Assembly: GCA_963735285.1 (NCBI GenBank)
Contig: CAVTKN010000013.1
Location: 5,758 to 69,757 of the forward strand
Length of the DNA stretch: 64,000 bases
Direction of reading: 5' to 3'
Source: an uncultured Alphaproteobacteria bacterium
Lineage (GTDB): Bacteria > Pseudomonadota > Alphaproteobacteria > Rhizobiales > Xanthobacteraceae
Part shown: positions 56,733 to 64,000 of the stretch, piece after piece
Layout: the number at the start of each line of letters is the position of its first letter
Position numbering within the stretch: the first letter of the stretch is position 1
Translations under genes and position numbers: made by a program
Notes under the pieces: generated by a model
The model's database searches: none
Seen by the model: the letters and a program-made list of their open reading frames with translations, nothing else
What the model was told of the DNA's origin: nothing

Positions 56733-58879
56733 GTCAGGTCCCCAACTTCGCCAAGCTCGACTTCACTGAGGCCGCCGTGCCATCCGCCCGCGGCGGCGCG
56801 CCCTGGACCACGCCCGAAGGCATCCCGGTAAAGCCAAGTTATAGCGACGTTGACCTCGCCGGCATCGATTTCCTCGACACCTATCCCGGCAGGGCACCGT
56901 TCCTGCGCGGTCCCTATCCCGCGATGTACGCGGCGCAGCCCTGGACCATCCGGCAATATGCCGGATTCTCGACGGCGGAAGATTCCAACGCCTTCTACCG
57001 GCGCAACCTTGCAGCCGGCCAGAAGGGCCTCTCGATCGCCTTCGATCTCGCGACCCACCGTGGCTACGACAGCGACCATCCGCGCGTATCGGGCGACGTC
57101 GGTATGGCGGGCGTCGCGATCGACTCGATCTACGACATGCGCACGTTGTTCTCCGGCATTCCGCTCGACCAGATGAGCGTGTCGATGACCATGAACGGTG
57201 CGGTGTTGCCGGTGCTGGCACTCTATATTGTCGCCGCCGAGGAACAGGGCGTTCCGCACGAGAAGCTTTCCGGCACGATCCAGAACGACATCCTCAAAGA
57301 ATTCATGGTGCGTAATACCTATATCTACCCGCCCGGTCCGTCCTTGCGCATCATCTCCGACATCTTCTCCTACACCTCGACCGAAATGCCGAAGTTTAAT
57401 TCGATTTCGGTCAGCGGCTATCACATGCAGGAGGCCGGGGCGACGCAGGATCTGGAGCTGGCCTACACGCTGGCCGACGGCGTCGAATATGTCCGCGCCG
57501 GCATCAAGGCCGGTCTGACCATCGACCAGTTCGCGCCGCGCGTATCGTTCTTCTGGGCGATCGGCATGAATTATTTCATGGAGATAGCCAAACTCCGTGC
57601 CGCCCGCATGATCTGGGCAAAACTGATGAAACCGTTCAAGCCGGAGGATGCGCGCTCATTATCACTGCGCACCCATTGCCAAACATCTGGCTGGTCGTTG
57701 GCTGCGCAAGATGTGTTCAACAACGTGTCGCGCACCATGATCGAAGCGATGGCGGCCACCCAAGGCCAGACCCAGTCGCTGCACACCAATTCGCTCGACG
57801 AGGCGCTCGCCCTGCCGACTGATTTCTCCGCCCGTATCGCCCGCAACACCCAGATCGTGCTCCAGCAGGAGGCCGGCGCCACCCGCATCGTCGATCCCTG
57901 GGGCGGATCTTATTATGTCGAGAAGCTGACCTACGAACTGGCGCGCAAGGCCTGGGCTCATATTGAGGAAATCGAGGCGCTCGGCGGCATGGCCAAGGCG
58001 ATCGAGGCCGGCATTCCGAAGCTGCGCATCGAGGAAGCCGCCGCCAAGACGCAAGCCCGCATCGACGCCGGCGTGCAGGCGGTCATCGGCGTCAATAAAT
58101 ATCAGCCGACCGACGAGGCGCCGATCGAGGTGCTCAAGGTCGATAATTCCGCCGTGATGCAGATGCAGCTCGACAAGCTCAAGCGCCTGAAGGCCGAGCG
58201 CGATCCGTTAGCGCTCAAGGAAGCCCTTGACGCGCTGACGCGGGGCGCCACCGGCAACGGCAACCTGCTGGAACTCGCAGTGGACGCTGCACGCGCCAAG
58301 GCGACCGTTGGCGAGATTTCCACGGCGCTTGAAAAGGTATTCGGCCGCCATGTCGCTTCGATCAAATCCATCACCGGAGTCTACAAGCGGGAGGTCGGCA
58401 AGACCGATTCCGGAGAACGCGTGCGCAAGGCCGTCGAAGCCTTCGAAGTCGCCGAAGGGCGCCGCCCTCGCCTGCTCGTCGCCAAGATCGGCCAGGACGG
58501 CCACGACCGCGGGCAAAAAGTGATCGCGTCGGCTTTCGCCGATCTCGGCTTCGATGTCGATATCGGGCCGCTGTTTGCGACGCCATCCGAAGCCGCGCGC
58601 CAGGCGGTCGAGAACGGCGTGCACATTCTGGGCGTGTCGTCGCTCGCCGCCGCCCATCTCACACTGGTGCCGCAGCTTAAAGCCGAACTCGCAAAGCAGG
58701 GCCGCGACGATATCATGATCGTGGTCGGCGGCGTGGTGCCGTCGCAGGACTACGATGCGTTGCAAAAGGCCGGCGCGGAGGCAATCTTCCCACCGGGCAC
58801 GGTGATTGCGGACGCGGCCGAAAAATTGCTCAAGACGTTGCGCCACCGTCTTGGCCATGATCAGCGGGCCGAGGAATGA
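56729..58879 (+). CDS. mutB: methylmalonyl-CoA mutase large (alpha) subunit, adenosylcobalamin-dependent
   Basis: 716-aa ORF with ...[42 protein letters not shown]... and the B12 motif [13 protein letters not shown]. Confidence 0.95.
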   Translation: MSQVPNFAKLDFTEAAVPSARGGAPWTTPEGIPVKPSYSDVDLAGIDFLDTYPGRAPFLRGPYPAMYAAQPWTIRQYAGFSTAEDSNAFYRRNLAAGQKGLSIAFDLATHRGYDSDHPRVSGDVGMAGVAIDSIYDMRTLFSGIPLDQMSVSMTMNGAVLPVLALYIVAAEEQGVPHEKLSGTIQNDILKEFMVRNTYIYPPGPSLRIISDIFSYTSTEMPKFNSISVSGYHMQEAGATQDLELAYTLADGVEYVRAGIKAGLTIDQFAPRVSFFWAIGMNYFMEIAKLRAARMIWAKLMKPFKPEDARSLSLRTHCQTSGWSLAAQDVFNNVSRTMIEAMAATQGQTQSLHTNSLDEALALPTDFSARIARNTQIVLQQEAGATRIVDPWGGSYYVEKLTYELARKAWAHIEEIEALGGMAKAIEAGIPKLRIEEAAAKTQARIDAGVQAVIGVNKYQPTDEAPIEVLKVDNSAVMQMQLDKLKRLKAERDPLALKEALDALTRGATGNGNLLELAVDAARAKATVGEISTALEKVFGRHVASIKSITGVYKREVGKTDSGERVRKAVEAFEVAEGRRPRLLVAKIGQDGHDRGQKVIASAFADLGFDVDIGPLFATPSEAARQAVENGVHILGVSSLAAAHLTLVPQLKAELAKQGRDDIMIVVGGVVPSQDYDALQKAGAEAIFPPGTVIADAAEKLLKTLRHRLGHDQRAEE

Positions 58880-59433
58880 GATATATTTTTGCGCGGGCCG
58901 GCATCGCCGCGCTTTGCGCGCTTTCGCTTTCGGGTTGTATCGACTCGGCCAGCCCGATTCTTTCCGACTCGCAGCAACTGTTCGGGCCACACGCGACGTT
59001 CCAGCTCTACGGGCTGCGCAAGGGATTCGCGGTAGAGCCGGAACGGGTGACATTTTCCTGGGATGGCACCCGCTACGTTCGCAAGAGCGGCGGCCTGAAG
59101 GACGTACACGCCTTTTCGGTGCATCCGTTTGAGAATGGCGATTTCATCATCCAGAGCGCGCCAGCTAACAAACCGCGCATGACCGAATACGCCGTGATGC
59201 ATCGGTTGACCGACGGCGTCTATCAGGCCGTCGTCATCGATGAAGACGACGCGGACGAACCGACACGCGCGGCTCATTGCGGCAAGGGCGAGAAGAACGA
59301 CCGGTCATGCCGCATCAAGACACGCGACCAATTGTTTGCATTCGCCCGTGCCACGGCGGCGCACAAAAGAGACGACGGCGGCTTGGCGATCCGGCTGTCC
59401 GATGATGAGCGTCCGGGCAAACGCCAACGCTAG
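58876..59433 (+). CDS. lipoprotein of unknown function
   Basis: [24 protein letters not shown] has a lipobox LSGC. The start overlaps the mutB stop (ATGA). Confidence 0.6.
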   Translation: MRYIFARAGIAALCALSLSGCIDSASPILSDSQQLFGPHATFQLYGLRKGFAVEPERVTFSWDGTRYVRKSGGLKDVHAFSVHPFENGDFIIQSAPANKPRMTEYAVMHRLTDGVYQAVVIDEDDADEPTRAAHCGKGEKNDRSCRIKTRDQLFAFARATAAHKRDDGGLAIRLSDDERPGKRQR

Positions 59434-59439
59434 GGCATC

Positions 59440-60090
59440 ATGGCTTCGCGCTCGCGGTCCCACTCCCTCACCGTCCTCGTCACCGGCTTTGGTCCATTCC
59501 CGGGCGCTCCGTTCAATCCGACGGGACCCTTGGTCAAGCGGATTGCGCGGCTGCGGCGGCCAGCGTTGGCGGAGATTAAAATCATTCCTCACGTCTTCGC
59601 GACCAGCTATGCCGCTGTTGATCGCGAACTGCCCAGGCTCATCGCCGAACACAAACCGCGCGTGCTCCTGATGTTCGGACTGGCTGCGCGAGCAAAATCT
59701 TTGCGCATCGAAACGCGCGCGCGCAACGCACTGGCGCTCCTGGCCGATGTCTCGGGTCAATCGCTGCGCCGAAATTCCATTCTTCCTGGCGGGTCAGCAA
59801 CCTTGGCCCTGCCCGCACAAACGCGGTCCTTGCTCACGGCCGCTCGCAACGCCTGCGTTCCCGTGATGCTATCGCGCGATGCCGGGCGCTATTTGTGCAA
59901 CTATCTGTGTTGGCGCGCGGCCGAGGCATCCGGTAACGACGAAGGCCCACGACTGGCTGCCTTCGTCCACGTGCCGGCCATTGCGCGTTCCATAAGGCCA
60001 TTGGCGAAACGACGCCGGCTGACCCTCGACGATCTGACCCGCGCGGGAAGCCGCGTCCTGTTGGCGTTAGCGGTGGCAGCACGGCGTTAA
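59440..60090 (+). CDS. pcp: pyroglutamyl-peptidase I family (peptidase C15)
   Basis: VLVTGFGPFPGAPFNPTG...E...DAGRYLCNYLCW...FVHVP contains the Glu/Cys/His catalytic context of C15 peptidases. Confidence 0.75.
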   Translation: MASRSRSHSLTVLVTGFGPFPGAPFNPTGPLVKRIARLRRPALAEIKIIPHVFATSYAAVDRELPRLIAEHKPRVLLMFGLAARAKSLRIETRARNALALLADVSGQSLRRNSILPGGSATLALPAQTRSLLTAARNACVPVMLSRDAGRYLCNYLCWRAAEASGNDEGPRLAAFVHVPAIARSIRPLAKRRRLTLDDLTRAGSRVLLALAVAARR

Positions 60091-60102
60091 CCTCCACGGT
60101 GC

Positions 60103-61446
60103 ATGATCCACGTCATGCCAACCGATCGCCGCCAATTTCTGGTGGGCACTGTCACCAGCGCGGCCGCGCTCGCCGCGCCACTCTCGGCCTACGGCCTTGA
60201 CGCAGCGCAGTTGGGCGTGCGCCCGGGCGCGCCCGACGACCAGAGCCGCGCATTCCAGCGCGCACTCGATCAGGCCGCCCGCACGCGCGCGCCGCTCGTC
60301 CTTGCGCCAGGTGTCTACCGCGCCGGTGATCTCAACCTGCCGGCCGGCGCGCAGCTTTTTGGCGTGCGTGGCGCAACACGCTTGATCCTGACGCACGGAC
60401 CCTCGCTGTTGTCCACCGAGGGTAGCGACAGCGTTACGTTATCCGGACTGACACTCGAGGGTAGCGGCCAGGCTCTCCCGAAAAACCGAGGTTTGGTGCA
60501 TTTCACAGCAGCGAAAGGCGTGCGCATCGCCGATTGCACCATCATTGACGCCGGCGGCAATGGCATCGCGCTCGAGCGTTGCGACGGCAGCGTCACTGCC
60601 AACACAATTACTAATGCCGACAACAACGCCTTGTTCTGCGTTGACAACACCGGCCTCGTCATTAGCGCCAACACGATCCGCAATTCCGGCAACGGCGGCA
60701 TTCGCGTATGGCAAAGCGTCAAGCGCCACGATGGCAGCATCATTGCAGACAACACGATCGAAGATACCGCAGCGCGCTCTGGCGGTAGCGGCGAGAATGG
60801 CAACGCCATCAATATTTTCCGTGCGGCCGACGTCACTGTGCGTAACAACATGATCCGTCGCGCCGCCTTCTCCGCCATCCGTGGCAACGCTGCTTCCAAT
60901 ATCCAGATCATCGGCAACAACTGTGCTGACCTCAAAGAAACCGCGATGTATGCCGAGTTCGATTTCGAGGGAGCGGTAGTTGCAGACAACGTGATCGACA
61001 CGGCTGAAAACGGGATCGCGATCACGAATTTCAACAATGGCGGTCGCCTCGCGACCGTGCACGGCAATCTTCTGCGCAATGTCGGCGTGCGGAGGCCGGA
61101 CAATCCGCCCGAAGGTGCCGGCGTCGGCATCGGCGTCGAGGCAGAGACCGCCGTGACCGGCAATGTAATCGAGAACGCGCCCTATGCCGGCATCCGGCTC
61201 GGCTTTGGACCTTACCTGCGCAATGTGACGGCTGTCGGCAATGTCATTCGCGATGCCGGTTTCGGCATTGCCGTGTCGGTCGTTTCAGGAGCCGGCGGCG
61301 CCGTGATTACAGGTAACATCATCCAAGGCGCCAAACGCGGCGCCATCGTCGGCATGGAATGGCACAAGTCGGTGACAGGTGACCTCCTGCAAGAGGGGGC
61401 TGAGCGTTATCCGCAATTGAAGCTCAGCGGAAATCAGGCGCGATAA
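60103..61446 (+). CDS. TAT-translocated right-handed beta-helix repeat protein (TIGR03808-like)
   Basis: Twin-arginine signal TDRRQFLVGTVTSAAALAA, then repeated PbH1-type units (...I.DAGGNGI..., ...NSGNGGIRVW..., ...N.I..AGFGI...). The probable start is ATG 60115. Confidence 0.75.
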   Translation: MIHVMPTDRRQFLVGTVTSAAALAAPLSAYGLDAAQLGVRPGAPDDQSRAFQRALDQAARTRAPLVLAPGVYRAGDLNLPAGAQLFGVRGATRLILTHGPSLLSTEGSDSVTLSGLTLEGSGQALPKNRGLVHFTAAKGVRIADCTIIDAGGNGIALERCDGSVTANTITNADNNALFCVDNTGLVISANTIRNSGNGGIRVWQSVKRHDGSIIADNTIEDTAARSGGSGENGNAINIFRAADVTVRNNMIRRAAFSAIRGNAASNIQIIGNNCADLKETAMYAEFDFEGAVVADNVIDTAENGIAITNFNNGGRLATVHGNLLRNVGVRRPDNPPEGAGVGIGVEAETAVTGNVIENAPYAGIRLGFGPYLRNVTAVGNVIRDAGFGIAVSVVSGAGGAVITGNIIQGAKRGAIVGMEWHKSVTGDLLQEGAERYPQLKLSGNQAR

Positions 61447-61536
61447 GCGCGGCAACCAGGCTCATTGCTGTATTTTAATGCTAGATTCGCCGGCTTGCCT
61501 CGCTTAGGCCGCGAACCCATCTATAATTCTGCTGCC

Positions 61537-62319
61537 ATGCCGACCACCCGCCGCCCCCGCAAACGCGCGACCCTTATGCTCATTATCTTCGCATTATTTC
61601 TCGCTCCCATTCTTGCGCGGGCCGCAATCTACGCAGTCGGCAGCGAACCGCGTTCGTGGCGCGACGCCGACTGGTCAAGCACCGGCCGGCTGCCAAAGGC
61701 GAGCGCCGATCAGCCGGCGCGCGTCATCATTTTTACCGGTACAGCCGGCGCCTGGAAGGGTATTTTCGCCATACATAGCTGGATCGTTCTCAAGCACGCA
61801 GGTGCTGCCGCATGGACCCGCTATGACGTCGTTGGGTGGGGCGAGCCGGTCCGCACCAACAATTGGCCGGCAGACGGACGCTGGTTCGGAAATCAGCCGG
61901 TAGCGATCGCCGATATTTCCGGCGCCGATGCCGAAAAGCTGATACCGCGAATCGAAACGGCGATTGCAAACTATCGGTTCGCACGCGCCGGCGATTATCG
62001 AATCTGGCCCGGCCCGAACAGCAACAGCTTCGTCGCGGCCATCCTGCGCTCAGTACCCGAGCTGGGCATTAGCCTGCCGCCCAATGCAGTCGGCCGCGAT
62101 TTCCGCGACGGTGTCTACGCCGGCCTGACCGACAGCCGCACCGGAATTGAGCTTAATTTGAACGGTCTTGCGGCTATCAAGCTTGGCTGGGTTGAAGGTA
62201 TCGAGCTGAATTTGCTCGGCTTGGTCGCGGGGCTCGATTTGCAGCATCCCGGTTTGAAGTTGCCGGGTTTTGGCCGCATCGGCCTTGAGTCGCCGGTGAC
62301 AACCGCGTTGGCACGCTGA
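61537..62319 (+). CDS. DUF3750 domain protein (N-terminal membrane anchor)
   Basis: ATG 61537 lies within ORF 61465-62319: MPTTRRPRKRATLMLIIFALFLAPILA...HSWIVLK...YDVVGWG...WPGPNSNSFVAAILR. Confidence 0.7.
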   Translation: MPTTRRPRKRATLMLIIFALFLAPILARAAIYAVGSEPRSWRDADWSSTGRLPKASADQPARVIIFTGTAGAWKGIFAIHSWIVLKHAGAAAWTRYDVVGWGEPVRTNNWPADGRWFGNQPVAIADISGADAEKLIPRIETAIANYRFARAGDYRIWPGPNSNSFVAAILRSVPELGISLPPNAVGRDFRDGVYAGLTDSRTGIELNLNGLAAIKLGWVEGIELNLLGLVAGLDLQHPGLKLPGFGRIGLESPVTTALAR

Positions 62320-62378
62320 ATTTCATAGCTTGCATGCTGATTTGTCGGACCGCCAAATCACCGGGGTGACGCAGGCGC

Positions 62379-63389
62379 GTGCTTCATGGCAAGTTGTCGA
62401 CGCAATCGAGGCTTCCGATGCGCAACACGCTGCCGCTGCTCGACAAGATTCGATTTCCGGCCATCCGGCGCGGCAAGCTGGAAACGCTGCAAATCAACGT
62501 CGGCTATCGCTGCAACCAGTCGTGCGTCCATTGTCACGTCAATGCGGGGCCGAACCGAACCGAGGAAATGACCGGCACAATCGCCGATCTGGTGCTGGAC
62601 TTTCTTCGCCGGCAAAAGATCCCGACGCTCGACATCACCGGCGGCGCGCCCGAACTCAATCCGCATTTCCGAAGGTTGGTGCGCGAGGCGCGAAAACTCG
62701 GCGCCAAAGTGATGGATCGCTGCAACCTCACGATACTGGAGCAGCCGGGTCAGGAGGATCTGGCCGAATTTCTGGCGGGCGAGCGCGTGGAAGTGGTCGC
62801 ATCGATGCCGTGTTATTTGCGAGACAACGTCGAGCAACAGCGCGGCAAAGGTGTTTTCGACGGTTCGATCCGCGGGCTCAGGCGGCTCAATGCAATCGGT
62901 TATGGCCGCGACCCCGCCCTGCCGCTTCATCTGGTCTACAACCCGCAAGGCCCGTCGCTGCCTCCCGCACAAGTCACGCTTGAGGCCGATTATAAGCGGG
63001 TGCTCGGCGAGCACTATGGCATTGTCTTCAACAAGCTGTACGTGCTCGCCAACATGCCGATCCAGCGATTCGGATCGATGCTGGTCACACGCGGTGAGTT
63101 CGAAAGCTATCTGGGCCTGCTGAAGGACGCCCATCTCGACGCCAATCTCGGCGGAGTGATGTGCCGGAGCCTGCTTTCGGTGGATTGGCGCGGTTACGTC
63201 TACGACTGTGACTTCAACCAGATGCTCGACCTGCCAATGGCGCGCCGTCAGAACAGACGCGTTCATTTAGCTGATTTGCTCGACAGCACAATCGACGGCA
63301 ATCCGATCCGCGTTGCAGGGCATTGCTACGGCTGCACCGCGGGACAAGGTTCGAGTTGCGGCGGCGCATTGAACGAGGCGGCGGAATGA
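62379..63389 (+). CDS. arsS: radical SAM / Cys-rich domain protein of the arsenosugar-biosynthesis ArsS type
   Basis: The radical-SAM cluster motif is NVGYRCNQSCVHCH. The characteristic C-terminal Cys-rich region is ...VMCRSLLSVDWRGYVYDCDFNQML...AGHCYGCTAGQGSSCGG. An alternative start lies at ATG 62418. Confidence 0.8.
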   Translation: MLHGKLSTQSRLPMRNTLPLLDKIRFPAIRRGKLETLQINVGYRCNQSCVHCHVNAGPNRTEEMTGTIADLVLDFLRRQKIPTLDITGGAPELNPHFRRLVREARKLGAKVMDRCNLTILEQPGQEDLAEFLAGERVEVVASMPCYLRDNVEQQRGKGVFDGSIRGLRRLNAIGYGRDPALPLHLVYNPQGPSLPPAQVTLEADYKRVLGEHYGIVFNKLYVLANMPIQRFGSMLVTRGEFESYLGLLKDAHLDANLGGVMCRSLLSVDWRGYVYDCDFNQMLDLPMARRQNRRVHLADLLDSTIDGNPIRVAGHCYGCTAGQGSSCGGALNEAAE

Positions 63390-64000
63390 ATTTGTCGATC
63401 ATCATTCCGGTTTTAGATGAGGCCGCCGGCATCGAGGCCGCACTGACGACCCTTGGGTCGTACCGGGAGCGTGGCTGCGAATTGGTCGTTGTGGACGGCG
63501 GAAGTCGTGACGGAACGCTCGCTTTGGCAAGCCCCCTCGCCGACCGCGTGCTCAGCGCTCCGCGTGGTCGTGCCGCCCAAATGAACGCCGGCGCCGCTGC
63601 CGCGCGCGGCGATGTGCTGCTCTTTTTGCACGCCGATACAAAGCTGCCCGCAAACGCCGATATCCTCATACGCAACGGCCTCGCGCAATCAGGCCGAATC
63701 TGGGGCCGTTTCGACGTCCAGTTCGACCATGGCGGGATTTTGCCGTTGATCGCCATCATGATGAACCTGCGCTCGCGCCTGACCGGCATCGCAACAGGTG
63801 ACCAGGCGATCTTTGTCAGCCGTGCGGCGTTCGAGGCAATTGGCGGCTTTCCAGCGCAGCCGTTGATGGAGGATATCGCGTTCTCGTCGCGCATCAGGCA
63901 CGTCAGCCGCGCGACAAATGTCCGCGCGCGCGTCACAACGTCGGCGCGCCGCTGGCGAACGCAAGGCATCCTGCGTACAATTTTTCTGATGTGGCGATTG
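63386..64000 (+). CDS. family 2 glycosyltransferase (TIGR04283-like), 3'-truncated by the window edge
   Basis: Own translation from the ATG overlapping the arsS stop: MNLSIIIPVLDEAAGIEAALTTLGSYRERGCELVVVDGGSRDGT...LLFLHADTKLP...GDQAIFVSRAAFEAIGGFPAQPLMEDIAFS... 205 codons remain open to the end of the window. It is not in the ORF track because there is no stop. Confidence 0.75.
   Translation, partial: MNLSIIIPVLDEAAGIEAALTTLGSYRERGCELVVVDGGSRDGTLALASPLADRVLSAPRGRAAQMNAGAAAARGDVLLFLHADTKLPANADILIRNGLAQSGRIWGRFDVQFDHGGILPLIAIMMNLRSRLTGIATGDQAIFVSRAAFEAIGGFPAQPLMEDIAFSSRIRHVSRATNVRARVTTSARRWRTQGILRTIFLMWRL

Noticed and set aside
1-64000. A search for rRNA, tRNA, tmRNA, IS elements, prophage, toxin-antitoxin or known defence genes.
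   Set aside because: I recognised none by eye on either strand. A proper tRNAscan/Infernal/HMM search is still needed to exclude small RNAs.

Overview
High-GC alphaproteobacterial chromosomal segment. Gene content (mucR, sodB, sufE, folP-folB-folK, methylmalonyl-CoA mutase, DUF1214/DUF1254, DUF1491/DUF2336 neighbours) and the GTCATGGCCGGGCTTGTCCCGGCCATC hairpin repeats suggest a Bradyrhizobium/Afipia/Rhodopseudomonas-like organism. That placement is from memory, not a search. I support about 65 protein-coding genes, mostly housekeeping, transport and conserved-hypothetical. I recognised no rRNA, tRNA, CRISPR array, IS element, integrase, phage or defence genes, and no discrete novel multi-gene system. 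Five things stand out. (1) At least 13 conserved genes are split by single-nucleotide frameshifts, all in the first 40 kb, while about 25 consecutive genes in the last 24 kb are intact. (2) Intergenic gaps between 8 and 42 kb are dense with MITE/REP-like hairpin repeats in three families, including a hairpin nested in the loop of another and stems with compensatory changes. (3) An orphan 3' fragment of a second ddpX copy delimits a 7.9-kb transporter/ThDP-enzyme block. (4) An AT-richer orphan segment carries twin 19-bp palindromes. (5) The right edge holds an ArsS-type radical-SAM plus glycosyltransferase cluster with no arsM. Family names (DUF/TIGR numbers) are recalled from sequence signatures and need a database check. 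Coordinates of repeats and frameshift junctions are by-eye estimates, good to a few bp.
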